Source: Sphingomonas sp. (lineage in GTDB: Bacteria > Pseudomonadota > Alphaproteobacteria > Sphingomonadales > Sphingomonadaceae). From it: DNA of 46,642 bases. The stretch is from NCBI GenBank assembly GCA_035554515.1, contig DATMIP010000158.1:1-46642 (forward strand), in the 5' to 3' direction. Position numbers and translations under genes: made by a program. A model generated the notes under the pieces. That model was given only the letters and a program-made list of their open reading frames with translations. It ran no database searches and was not told the DNA's origin. Shown piece after piece: positions 37,938-46,642 of this stretch (position 1 is its first letter; the number at the start of each line of letters is the position of its first letter).

Positions 37938-39043
37938 AAGACGATCCTCCTCTTTTCGCGCGCGGAGCGATAGATCGCCTCGACGATGCGAATGTCGCGT
38001 AGTCCTTCCTCGCCCGACACGATCGGCTCCTTGTCGAGGACGACACAATCGGCGAAATGATCGAGCTGGCCGGCAAATTGCGTCGCGCGCGGGCCTGGCG
38101 GCGGCGCGATCTCGGTTTCGCGGCCGTCCCGGCCGGTCCAAAGATGATTGTCGCTATAGCGCGTCGCGGGTTCCATCTCGATGCGCCCCGTGTCGCCCAC
38201 CAGCAGGACGTGGTTCTGGTTGGCGCTGTACATGGAGAGGCAACTCGCGATCACGCCTGACGCGAATTCAAGCTCCCATTCAATCCGGTCTTCCACCTCA
38301 TGGAAACGCGGATCGTTCTTGTCGGTGCTTTCGTGCGCATAGACCGCGATCGGCTCTTCGCCGGTCATATAGCGCGCTGCCTGGAGACTGTAGATTCCCA
38401 TATCCATCAGTGATCCGCCGCCCGAAAGCGCGCGCTTGAGGCGCCACAGGCTCGGATCGCGTTGAACGAAACCATGTTCGCTCCGCAGATAGCGCCGGGT
38501 TCCGACCGCCCCGGACGCCGCGAGCCGCATTGCTTCCAGATTGGTCGCTTCGAAATGGCAGCGATAACCGATCATCAATTTTCGGCCCGCCTGCTTGCAG
38601 GCGGCGATCATCGCCTCGCATTCCGCGACCGATACCGCCATCGGCTTCTCACACATCACATGTTTGCCAGCCTTCGCGGCGCGGATGACATATTCCGCAT
38701 GCATGGAATTGGGCAGGCAGACATAGGCGATGTCCACATCCGGATTGTCCGCAATCGTGTCGAAATTCTGGTAATCGTAGATCGAGCGATCAGGCAGTCC
38801 ATATTGGGTAGCAACGCGCTTCGCCTTAAGCCGGTCGCCGCTGACGACTGCGACGAGCCGGCTGTTCCTGCAATTCACGAATTGGGGGACGATAACCCGG
38901 AGGCCATAGGTGCCCAGGCCCACGATGGCATAGCCGACCCTGCGATGCGGGTCGGCGGGGGAGGCGCCGCCGCTTCCGGCGAGCGTTGCCGCCGCTGCGC
39001 TGCTTGCGGCGATTACCACCTCGCGTCTACTCAGTTCGGTCAT
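37934..39043 (-). CDS. Gfo/Idh/MocA oxidoreductase (glucose-fructose oxidoreductase-like), Tat signal
   Basis: SRREVV twin-Arg; GYAIVGLG.YG, LPNSMHAEY, KHVMCEKPMA, GGGSLMDMGIY. Confidence 0.9.
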   Translation of the reverse strand: MTELSRREVVIAASSAAAATLAGSGGASPADPHRRVGYAIVGLGTYGLRVIVPQFVNCRNSRLVAVVSGDRLKAKRVATQYGLPDRSIYDYQNFDTIADNPDVDIAYVCLPNSMHAEYVIRAAKAGKHVMCEKPMAVSVAECEAMIAACKQAGRKLMIGYRCHFEATNLEAMRLAASGAVGTRRYLRSEHGFVQRDPSLWRLKRALSGGGSLMDMGIYSLQAARYMTGEEPIAVYAHESTDKNDPRFHEVEDRIEWELEFASGVIASCLSMYSANQNHVLLVGDTGRIEMEPATRYSDNHLWTGRDGRETEIAPPPGPRATQFAGQLDHFADCVVLDKEPIVSGEEGLRDIRIVEAIYRSAREKRRIVL

Positions 39044-39125
39044 CGCGCGCCTCTCTCCGATCTCGCGTCGGTGACGGGGAGGTTAGCGATATGCTGCCGG
39101 CGCGCAATTGCTATAGCGTGCGCCC

Positions 39126-40616
39126 GTGAACAAAGGGGGGGATGTGGTCGGAGCGGATGAAGGCGGGACCCGGCGGCGCCCGGGACGGGGCGATCTGACG
39201 CAGGGGCCGATCGCGCGGACCCTGCTCGTGTTCGCTTTACCCACACTGGGTTCAAATGTCCTTCAGTCGCTCAATGGATCGATCAACGCGATCTGGGTGG
39301 GACGCTTCCTGGGCGAGGGTGCGCTCGCGGCGACGTCCAACGCCAACCTTGTCATGTTCCTTATGTTCGCGCTGGGCTTCGGCTTCGGCATGGCCGCCAC
39401 CATTCTCGTGGGGCAAAGCGTGGGCGCGCGCGATATCAGCGGCGCGCGGCGCGCGATCGGCACGGCTTTCGGGCTGTTCGGGGCGATCTCGCTGGCGGTG
39501 GCGATATTGGGGTGGCTGTTCGCGCCAGCCTTGCTGGATCTGCTGGCGACCCCGGCCGATGCCCAGGCTTTGGCCCTGGCCTATCTGCGCGTCATTTTCC
39601 TTGCGCTGCCGCCGATGTTCCTCGGCGTATTGCTCACGATGGGTCTGCGCGGAACGGGGGATTCGATCACCCCGCTCCGCCTGATGGTATTGAGCGTGCT
39701 GCTCGATGCGGGGCTCAATCCCCTGCTCATCCGCGGGATCGGCCCTTTCCCGCGCATGGGGATAGCGGGATCGGCCACGGCGACGCTGATCTCCAATTAC
39801 GTGGTTTTGGGTGCCGGACTGGTCTACATTTATGCACGGGATCTGCCGATCCGGCTGCGCGGATCCGAATTGCGCTATCTCATACCCGACCCCGCTCTCC
39901 TGAAGGTCATCTTCCTCAAGGGCCTGCCCATGGGGCTCCAGATGCTTGTCTTTTCCTTGTCCAGCCTGGTGATGATTGGGCTGGTCAACCGCGCGGGCAT
40001 CGACGTGACGGCCGCCTATGGAATCGCGCAGCAGCTGTGGACCTATGTCCAAATGCCGGCGCTCGCCGTCGGCGCTGCGGTGTCGGCGATGGTGGCGCAG
40101 AATATCGGGGCCGGCAGATGGGATCGTGTCGGCAGGATCACCGTTGCCGGCATAATCACCAATATGGCGATGACCGGCATTCTCGTCGCGCTGATCCTGC
40201 TCTTCGACCGCCCCATCTTTGCCTTGTTTGTCGGCGGCGACAGCCCCGCCATCCCGATCGCGCGGCATATCCAGCTGATCGGCAGCTGGAGCTTCATCCT
40301 GTTCGGCGTGACGCTCGTGCTTTTCTCGACCGTGCGGGCGAATGGGGCGGTTTACGCGCCGCTGATCATACTTTGCCTCAGCGTATTCGCGGGAAGGCTC
40401 GGCTTCGCGGCGGCCTTGCTCCCGCGTTACGGCACCGACATATTGTGGTGGAGTTTCCCGCTCGGCTCGGGCATTTCGTTGGCACTGGCGGCACTTTACT
40501 ACCGGTTCGGTAACTGGCGGCATCCCGGCATGCTGACCCGGACCGTTGACCCCGCTGCCGCCGATCCGTCGAGCCCCACCGGTGAACCCGGCGGTCGCCT
40601 CAATCCGAGCGGATGA
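39126..40616 (+). CDS. MATE-family efflux transporter
   Basis: DLTQGPIARTLLVFALP, IWVGRFLGE.ALAA, LRGTGDS.TP, GLPMGLQ, QNIGAG; about 12 TM segments. Confidence 0.9.
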   Translation: MNKGGDVVGADEGGTRRRPGRGDLTQGPIARTLLVFALPTLGSNVLQSLNGSINAIWVGRFLGEGALAATSNANLVMFLMFALGFGFGMAATILVGQSVGARDISGARRAIGTAFGLFGAISLAVAILGWLFAPALLDLLATPADAQALALAYLRVIFLALPPMFLGVLLTMGLRGTGDSITPLRLMVLSVLLDAGLNPLLIRGIGPFPRMGIAGSATATLISNYVVLGAGLVYIYARDLPIRLRGSELRYLIPDPALLKVIFLKGLPMGLQMLVFSLSSLVMIGLVNRAGIDVTAAYGIAQQLWTYVQMPALAVGAAVSAMVAQNIGAGRWDRVGRITVAGIITNMAMTGILVALILLFDRPIFALFVGGDSPAIPIARHIQLIGSWSFILFGVTLVLFSTVRANGAVYAPLIILCLSVFAGRLGFAAALLPRYGTDILWWSFPLGSGISLALAALYYRFGNWRHPGMLTRTVDPAAADPSSPTGEPGGRLNPSG

Positions 40617-41236
40617 AGATGGAAAAACTTATCCTTCACGAAGATGTCCGTTCGGGCAATTGCTACAAGATCCGATTGACCGCGGCATTGCTGGATCTGG
40701 CGATCGAACGACGCAGCTACGACATCCTGAAAGGAGACACGCGCACGCCCGCATTTCTGGCGCAGGTCAATCCCAACGGACGGATTCCCGTGCTACAGAT
40801 CGGCGATCGCTTGCTCCCGGAAAGCAATGCGGCCTGCTGGTGGCTCGCGTGCGGAACTTCACTGGTTCCCGAGGACCGTTTCGACCAGGCGGACATGCTC
40901 CGCTGGATGTTCTTCGAGCAATATAGTCACGAGCCAAACGTCGCGACATTGCGCTTCTGGCGCGCCTTCGTGGGGGAGGATGCGTTAAGTGAAGCGCAAC
41001 GTGCGCAACTCGCGCCAAAAGCCGCGGCGGGCGCGGCGGCGTTGACGCTGATGGAGGAACACCTTGCCGATCGAGACTTCTTCGTCGGCCGGAGCCTCAG
41101 CCTCGCCGACATCTGTCTGTACGCCTACACCCATGTTGCGCACGAGGGCGGGTTCGACCTTGATCGCTGGCCAGCCGTGCAACGGTGGATACGCGCCGTC
41201 GCGGCGAGCCCGAATTATTTGTCGCTGGACGATTGA
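40613..41236 (+). CDS. Glutathione S-transferase family protein
   Basis: SGNCYKIRL, NPNGRIPVL, LPESNA, WMFFEQYSHEP, SLADI.LYAYTH. Confidence 0.92.
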   Translation: MKMEKLILHEDVRSGNCYKIRLTAALLDLAIERRSYDILKGDTRTPAFLAQVNPNGRIPVLQIGDRLLPESNAACWWLACGTSLVPEDRFDQADMLRWMFFEQYSHEPNVATLRFWRAFVGEDALSEAQRAQLAPKAAAGAAALTLMEEHLADRDFFVGRSLSLADICLYAYTHVAHEGGFDLDRWPAVQRWIRAVAASPNYLSLDD

Positions 41237-41631
41237 TCGCGTGCTTCGAGCAGCGGGTAGAGCAAAGCGATTTCCTCGCTAATCCGTTTGAACATCAGCG
41301 CGCGAAGATCGGCCGACGCGCGCGTATAACTCGCCCAATCGGCGGCGATGCTGCGCATGGACCAACAGACAACATGCTGCGAAACCTTCAAGGCGAGCGC
41401 GTAGCCATCGCGCCGAAGCTCTTCCAGTTTCCTTGCGTCCTCCAGGCTGATGTCGTGAAGAATGGGGCAAATCGAGTTGATGCTCGATTTGCGGCAGGCA
41501 TCGATGCGGGCAAGCCTCAGCCGGGCGGCGGGCAGCGCGATCTGATCGGGTACGGCCTTGGTGGCCTCCCTTCCCAATTCGGCGAGCGCCACGCGCATTT
41601 CCCCATGCAGGGCTTTCAATTCAACCAGCAC
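41215..41631 (-). CDS. Hypothetical helical protein, degenerate hemerythrin-like
   Basis: L.A.H near the N-terminus, W....I.ADW..Y and RI..E...LYPLL, but few metal ligands. Confidence 0.55.
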   Translation of the reverse strand: MLVELKALHGEMRVALAELGREATKAVPDQIALPAARLRLARIDACRKSSINSICPILHDISLEDARKLEELRRDGYALALKVSQHVVCWSMRSIAADWASYTRASADLRALMFKRISEEIALLYPLLEARDQSSSDK

Positions 41632-41777
41632 ATCTTGGCCCAGACCAAATTACACCACAGCCAGGCCTGTTAAGTCGCTGGCATTAATGAAGAGTTGCGT
41701 AACGATCCGGAATGGCGGGATTTTGCCATGTGGCTTGCTCTCGCTTCATGCCTCCACTAACTAGGACGGCAATGGTC

Positions 41778-41807
41778 GGCCGCTCCGCAAGGGGCGGCCC
41801 TTTCTTT
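41778..41807 (+). terminator. Terminator-like hairpin in the trcR 5' leader
   Basis: GGCCGCTCC-GCAA-GGGGCGGCC followed by CTTTCTTT, ending about 15 nt before GTG 41823. Confidence 0.55.
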
Positions 41808-41822
41808 ATCTGGAGACTTTCC

Positions 41823-42482
41823 GTGGCTCAGCCGCTCATGCCCCATGCGACCGCATCCTGGCTGGTCGATAACACATCGCTCAGCTTTCAGCAGATCGCC
41901 GAATTTTGCGGGCTCCACATCCTCGAGGTTCAGGCGATCGCCGACGATACCGCAGCGACCAAGTTGACCGGCCGCGATCCTGTTCGTGCGCACGAGTTGA
42001 CCCTTGAAGAGATCGAGAAGGGTCAGGCGGACCCCAATTACAGGCTCGTGATGTCGAAAGGCCCTGATCAGGTCCGCCGCACCAAGGGGCCGCGCTACAC
42101 GCCGGTTTCGAAGCGGCAGGACAAACCCGACGGCATCGCCTGGATTATCCGCAATCATCCCGAAGTCTCGGACGGCCAGATCAGCCAGCTGATCGGTACA
42201 ACGCGTACCACGATTGCGGCAATCCGTGACCGCACGCACTGGAACATCGCCAATATCACGCCGAAGGATCCTGTTACTCTCGGCCTTACGTCGCAGCGCG
42301 AGCTCGATGCCGTGGTGGCCAAGGCCGCAAAGGCGGCGGGGATCGAGGCGCCCGTCGACACCCGGCTTGACGGTGATCGCGCCGCGCTGATCACGCAGCT
42401 GCGCCATGAACGCGAGACGGCATCGCATGCTGGCGAAGCCACGCTTTCGGATGTGGATGCGCTGTTCGGCAAGCGCGACTGA
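41823..42482 (+). CDS. trcR: DUF1013 cell-cycle transcriptional regulator TrcR
   Basis: PLMPHATASWLVDNT.LSF.QIA.FCGLH.LEV, GPRYTPVSKRQDKPD.I.W, RTHWN..NI.P.DPV.LGL; GGAG RBS and GTG start. Confidence 0.85.
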   Translation: MAQPLMPHATASWLVDNTSLSFQQIAEFCGLHILEVQAIADDTAATKLTGRDPVRAHELTLEEIEKGQADPNYRLVMSKGPDQVRRTKGPRYTPVSKRQDKPDGIAWIIRNHPEVSDGQISQLIGTTRTTIAAIRDRTHWNIANITPKDPVTLGLTSQRELDAVVAKAAKAAGIEAPVDTRLDGDRAALITQLRHERETASHAGEATLSDVDALFGKRD

Positions 42483-42575
42483 TAGCGCCGGATCGTCCGG
42501 CGGCCGGAACGGCGCCGAACAACCGTCGCGCGGTCGCTTGACCCTGAAACACTCCCGTCCCAAGACTCGCGGCCG

Positions 42576-42821
42576 ATGAGTGACGATCCCAAACTGGATG
42601 AGCTGACCTTCGAAGACGCTCTCAAGCGCCTCGAAGCAATCGTGCACCGGCTCGAAAGCGGCGAGGCCAGCCTTGACGAATCGATCGACCTCTATGCGGA
42701 GGGCGATCGGTTGCGCGGCCAGTGCGAAGCGCGATTACAGGCGGCGCAGGCGCGGATCGAAAAAATCACGCTTGGGCCCGATGGCAGTCCGCGCGGCACT
42801 CAGCCATTCGATGTCGGCTGA
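42576..42821 (+). CDS. xseB: Exodeoxyribonuclease VII small subunit
   Basis: TFEDALKRLEAIV.RLESGE.SLDESI.LY.EG; upstream of ispA as usual. Confidence 0.93.
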   Translation: MSDDPKLDELTFEDALKRLEAIVHRLESGEASLDESIDLYAEGDRLRGQCEARLQAAQARIEKITLGPDGSPRGTQPFDVG

Positions 42822-43728
42822 ACCGCTTGTGAGCGTGGTACCGCTGACGCTCCGGACCGCGATGGACCGCGTCTCGGCCGATGTGGATCAGTTGTTCGAT
42901 CACCTGCTGGCAATCCCCGCCGATCCCCGCAGCCGCCTGTATGAAGCGATGCGACATGCCGCGATCGGCGGCGGCAAGAGGATGCGACCAATGCTGGTCC
43001 GCGCGGCGGCGGACCTTTTCCACGTCGATCGTGTTCCGGCGCTCCGCGTCGGCGTCGCGATCGAATGCATTCACGTCTACAGCCTGATCCACGACGACAT
43101 GCCCTGCATGGACAATGACGATCTGCGGCGTGGTCGGCCGACGGTGCACAAGGCCTATGACGAGGCGACGGCGGTGCTTGCCGGCGATTCCCTGCATGCG
43201 CTCGCGTTCGAGGTGATCGCCGACGCGGAAACCCATCCCGATCCGTTCATCCGCGTCGAACTGGCCGCCGAGCTGGCCAAAGCGTCGGGCCCGGCCGGCA
43301 TGGCCGGCGGACAGATGATGGACCTGATCGCCGAGAGCTCCGAATTCGATCTGGCGGCGGTCACCCGGCTGCAGCAGCTGAAGACCGGCGCGCTGATCGG
43401 CTTCTGCCTCGAGGCGGGCGCCATCCTTGGCCACGTGCCGCCCGAGGGGCGCCGCATGATCCGCGCTTTTTCGCGCGACATCGGGCTCGCCTTCCAGATC
43501 GCCGACGATCTGCTTGATGTTGAGGGAGCGCGAGACGTCACAGGCAAGGCGGTCGGCAAGGATGCGGCGCAAGGCAAGGCCACCTTTGTGTCGTTGCTGG
43601 GCCCGGCGCGCGCGCGCCAGCAGGCTGAAATGCTGGTTGATCAGGCGATCGGCCACCTGGCGGGATTTGGTTCCGAGGCGACCCTGCTCCGCGCGATCGC
43701 GCGCTACGTTGTCGAGCGCGACCGATGA
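42811..43728 (+). CDS. ispA: Farnesyl diphosphate synthase (polyprenyl synthetase)
   Basis: GGKRMRP, SLIHDDMPCMDNDDLRRG.PT.H, GQMMD, KTGAL, FQIADDLLD. Confidence 0.93.
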   Translation: MSAEPLVSVVPLTLRTAMDRVSADVDQLFDHLLAIPADPRSRLYEAMRHAAIGGGKRMRPMLVRAAADLFHVDRVPALRVGVAIECIHVYSLIHDDMPCMDNDDLRRGRPTVHKAYDEATAVLAGDSLHALAFEVIADAETHPDPFIRVELAAELAKASGPAGMAGGQMMDLIAESSEFDLAAVTRLQQLKTGALIGFCLEAGAILGHVPPEGRRMIRAFSRDIGLAFQIADDLLDVEGARDVTGKAVGKDAAQGKATFVSLLGPARARQQAEMLVDQAIGHLAGFGSEATLLRAIARYVVERDR

Positions 43729-44207
43729 ATCGCGTCGCTGTTTATACCGGTAGCTTTGATCCGCTGACCCTGGGTCATCTTGATATCGTGCGCCGCGCGA
43801 CGAGGCTTTGCGACAGGCTGGTGATCGGGGTTTCGACCAACTCGCTCAAGACCCCGCTCTTCACGCTCGACGAGCGGCTTGCCGCGCTTCGTCAGGAATT
43901 GCGGGCATTCGACGCCCAGATTGATGTCCGCGACTTTGCCGGACTGGCCGTCGATTTCGCGCGTCTGGTGGGCGCCCAATGCGTCGTTCGGGGGCTGCGC
44001 AGCGGCACGGATCTGGATTATGAAAGTCCGATGGCGGCCATGAACAGGCAGATGGCCCCGGAGATCGAGACGATCTTCCTGGTTGCGGCGCCAGGCTTCG
44101 CGCATATCGCTTCATCGCTGGTCAAGGATGTCGCGCGCGCCGGCGGCAAGATCGAACATTTCGTGCCCGCCGCGGTAGCTGCCGCGATACGTGCGCGCAC
44201 GCGCTGA
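43725..44207 (+). CDS. coaD: Pantetheine-phosphate adenylyltransferase
   Basis: YTGSFDPLTLGHLDI, VRGLR...D.DYE..MA.MN, IASSLVKDVA. Confidence 0.93.
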   Translation: MNRVAVYTGSFDPLTLGHLDIVRRATRLCDRLVIGVSTNSLKTPLFTLDERLAALRQELRAFDAQIDVRDFAGLAVDFARLVGAQCVVRGLRSGTDLDYESPMAAMNRQMAPEIETIFLVAAPGFAHIASSLVKDVARAGGKIEHFVPAAVAAAIRARTR

Positions 44208-44227
44208 CAGAAACGGAGTTCAAGCCC

Positions 44228-45079
44228 TTGTCTCTAAAGTTGTTCGTGCTGGGGCTGGTCGGTCTCGCCGCCGCGCCCGGTTTGGCCCAGTCCACCCAGA
44301 CTGGCCCCCAGGGACTGGCCGAGCCCAAATTCAAGGCGATCGCGGTCGCGGCGCCCGGTCTGCCGCCACCACCCACGCCTGAAAATACGTTCAACATCCA
44401 GCTTTCCACCGGCGGCGTCGTCTCGATCCAGTTGCGGCCGGACAAGGCGCCCAATGCGACCGAGCGGGTGAAGACGCTTGCCAACCGCCATTTTTATGAC
44501 GGCACGATCTTCCACCGCGTGATCGAAGGCTTCATGGCGCAAGGCGGCGATCCGAAGGGGACGGGTGAGGGCGGCTCGGACCTTCCCAATCTCAAGGCGG
44601 AGTTCAACGATCTTCCGCATGTGCGTGGCGCCATGGCGATGGCGCGTGCCGAGGCCGAGGACAGCGCCAACAGCCAATTCTACCTGATGCTGGCACCGAA
44701 CCTCAATCTCGACCACAAATATACGGTGGTGGGGCGCGTCTATGCGGGGATGGCTTATGTCGACCTGATCGAGAAAGGCGAACCTCCGGCCAACCCGACC
44801 AAGGTGGTGCGCGCGTGGATCGGCGCTCCGCCCGCCGATGCCGCAACGCCGCCGGTGGCCGAAAAGGCTGCGTCCGCCGCTGCCGACAATGCCGCGACGC
44901 AGGCGGCGCAGGCGTCGCTCGCCGCGGGTGAGGCAGCCAGGGCGGCCAAGGCGGGCAATTCACGGATCGCGGGCGAAAGGGCCGGCGCCGCCAAGGTGGC
45001 CGCCGAAGGAGCGGCACAGGCGGCCGGCGACGCCGCGGCGGCTTCCAGGCAGGCCCAGAAGAAGCGCAGGCCGAGGTAA
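44228..45079 (+). CDS. Secreted cyclophilin-type peptidyl-prolyl isomerase with Ala-rich C-terminal tail
   Basis: FYDG.IFHRVIEGFMAQGGDP.GTG.GGS, AMAR..AEDSANSQF, LD.KYTV.GRV; signal peptide; TTG start. Confidence 0.88.
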   Translation: MSLKLFVLGLVGLAAAPGLAQSTQTGPQGLAEPKFKAIAVAAPGLPPPPTPENTFNIQLSTGGVVSIQLRPDKAPNATERVKTLANRHFYDGTIFHRVIEGFMAQGGDPKGTGEGGSDLPNLKAEFNDLPHVRGAMAMARAEAEDSANSQFYLMLAPNLNLDHKYTVVGRVYAGMAYVDLIEKGEPPANPTKVVRAWIGAPPADAATPPVAEKAASAAADNAATQAAQASLAAGEAARAAKAGNSRIAGERAGAAKVAAEGAAQAAGDAAAASRQAQKKRRPR

Positions 45080-45106
45080 TTAAGGGGCGTTGGTGGCGGG
45101 ACCGTT

Positions 45107-45167
45107 GCCTCTCGTCAAAAGCTCCCGCATCGGGCTTTGAGAGGCTTAGTCCCGGCGTGCACCGGGA
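45107..45167. other. Two hairpins between ppi and queA (terminator- or REP-like)
   Basis: GCCTCTC..CAAAAGCTC / GGGCTTTG.GAGAGGC stem (45107-45145), then TCCCGG-cgtgca-CCGGGA (45150-45167). Confidence 0.4.
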
Positions 45168-45190
45168 TGGAATTGGACCAGGCACTCTCG

Positions 45191-46231
45191 ATGCGCGTCG
45201 ATCTGTTCGATTTCGATCTTCCAGCCGAGCGGATCGCGCTGCGTCCGGCATCTCCGCGCGACAGTGCGCGGCTGCTCCTGCTCGACGGCGACCGCACCGA
45301 GGATCGCGTTGTCGGCGATCTGCCGAATTTGCTGCGGCCGGGCGATTGCCTGGTATTCAACGATACGCGGGTTATCCCCGCCCGGCTTGAAGGGCGTCGC
45401 GGCGCGGCGCGCATCGGCGCGACGTTGCACAAGCGCGAAGGTCCGCGCACGTGGATTGCATTCGTGCGCAACGCACGCAGGGTCCGGGTCGGCGACCGGA
45501 TAGATTTTGGCGAGAGCGTCTCCGCTATCGCCACTGCGCGCCACGACGATGGTTCGCTTCTGCTCGAATTCGAAGGCGACGAGCCGGTTGAGCGTCTGCT
45601 CGAACGGGCAGGGCGGATGCCGCTGCCACCCTATATCGCAGGGAGGCGTGACGCCGACGCGCGCGACCTCTCCGATTATCAGACGATGTTCGCCAGCGCG
45701 CCAGGTGCGGTCGCCGCGCCCACCGCCGCTCTCCATTTCACGCCCGATCTGATGACGGCCCTCGATCGGTCCGGAATCGGGCGTGCGATGCTCACGCTCC
45801 ACGTCGGCGCGGGGACCTTTCTGCCGGTCAAGGCGGACGATACCGATGCGCACCGGATGCACGCCGAATGGGGCCGCATCGATCCGATCGTGGCCGACAG
45901 GCTGAACCTGGTTCGCGCCAAGGGGGGGCGCCTGATCGCGGTCGGAACCACCAGCCTGCGCCTGATCGAGAGCGCGGCGGGCGAGGACGGCCTGATCCGC
46001 CCGTTCGAAGGCGACACCGCCATCTTCATCACGCCGGGTTATCGCTTCCGCGCGGTCGACGGGCTCGTCACCAATTTCCACCTGCCACGCTCGACCCTGT
46101 TCATGCTCGTGTCGGCACTGATGGGGCGCGATCGGATGCAAGTGGCCTACGCCCATGCGGTTGCGACCGGCTATCGCTTCTATTCTTACGGAGATGCCAG
46201 CCTGCTCCTCCCGCAGCGCGATTCAAGGTAA
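45191..46231 (+). CDS. queA: S-adenosylmethionine:tRNA ribosyltransferase-isomerase
   Basis: [70 protein letters not shown]. Confidence 0.96.
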   Translation: MRVDLFDFDLPAERIALRPASPRDSARLLLLDGDRTEDRVVGDLPNLLRPGDCLVFNDTRVIPARLEGRRGAARIGATLHKREGPRTWIAFVRNARRVRVGDRIDFGESVSAIATARHDDGSLLLEFEGDEPVERLLERAGRMPLPPYIAGRRDADARDLSDYQTMFASAPGAVAAPTAALHFTPDLMTALDRSGIGRAMLTLHVGAGTFLPVKADDTDAHRMHAEWGRIDPIVADRLNLVRAKGGRLIAVGTTSLRLIESAAGEDGLIRPFEGDTAIFITPGYRFRAVDGLVTNFHLPRSTLFMLVSALMGRDRMQVAYAHAVATGYRFYSYGDASLLLPQRDSR

Positions 46232-46254
46232 TACCGGATCCCGTCCGCGCGTGC

Positions 46255-46638
46255 TCAGGCGGCGTCGGCGGTGCGATCAAGCAGCCATTCGCACGCCGCT
46301 TCCCTCGAATCGAAGACGCGGTGGCTTGTCGCGGAGGTCATGCGTGCGGCCTGGCCACGCGAGATCGCGCAGGAGACGAGTCGCGCGGTGCGGCTGGGGT
46401 AGAGGTGGAGCCGCTTCGCAATTCCCTCGCGCATGAGATCAGCGATCTCTTTGGACTGGATCGCGAACTCGCTCGCGTCGACCAGGCATGACATGGGGGG
46501 GCCAAGCAGCCGGACGCGCCGCAGCTGGGCCGTCAGTTGCTCATCATAATCCTTATAGACCTGTGCGTCCCAGAAGCCGCGCATGACCACTGTCAGGAGC
46601 CGGCGGGTCATATCGAGGCTAAGCTCAAACTTCGGCAC
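46255..46638 (-). CDS. Hypothetical STAS/SEC14 (SpoIIAA-like) small protein; start may lie beyond the window
   Basis: GFWD, LVDASEFAIQS and RVF...EAA.EWL pattern. Confidence 0.6.
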   Translation of the reverse strand: MPKFELSLDMTRRLLTVVMRGFWDAQVYKDYDEQLTAQLRRVRLLGPPMSCLVDASEFAIQSKEIADLMREGIAKRLHLYPSRTARLVSCAISRGQAARMTSATSHRVFDSREAACEWLLDRTADAA

Positions 46639-46642
46639 GGTG

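Noticed and set aside
45080-45190. preQ1 riboswitch upstream of queA
   Set aside because: Hairpins are present, but no preQ1 consensus loop or A-rich 3' tail is visible.
1-46642. CRISPR arrays, tRNA/rRNA genes, IS elements, prophage
   Set aside because: None recognised by eye; the window is densely coding with short intergenic regions. tRNAscan or Infernal would be needed to exclude small RNAs.

Overview
High-GC alphaproteobacterial chromosome segment, most like Sphingomonadaceae by gene content. It is mostly housekeeping and metabolic genes: acnA 3' end, ygfZ, pyrC, a Cys/Met PLP enzyme, GH3/ROK/SGNH genes, an Rrf2-sbp-porin-cysTWA sulfate locus, an M1 peptidase, gfo/gluconolactonase, MATE, GST and trcR-xseB-ispA-coaD-ppi-queA. 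I found no rRNA, tRNA, CRISPR array, integrase or transposase. Four things stand out. (1) A six-gene glycosylation cluster (5139-12335: GtrA, GtrB-like GT2, SAM methyltransferase, three GT-C-type membrane proteins), in which the 588-aa protein carries STT3/AglB/PglB oligosaccharyltransferase-like motifs in the expected order but with WWDYG replaced by FDDLG. (2) A PEPxxWA-CTERM surface protein with the three motifs of a Cys-Gln thioester domain. (3) A Phd-VapC toxin-antitoxin pair directly followed by a flavin-dependent halogenase, divergent from a CPA2 antiporter. (4) A TonB receptor-YfiR-hybrid kinase signalling module. I also read candidate EcfG promoters, a PhaR box, an Rrf2 operator and a TA operator. 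All assignments come from reading motifs by eye; no database searches were run.
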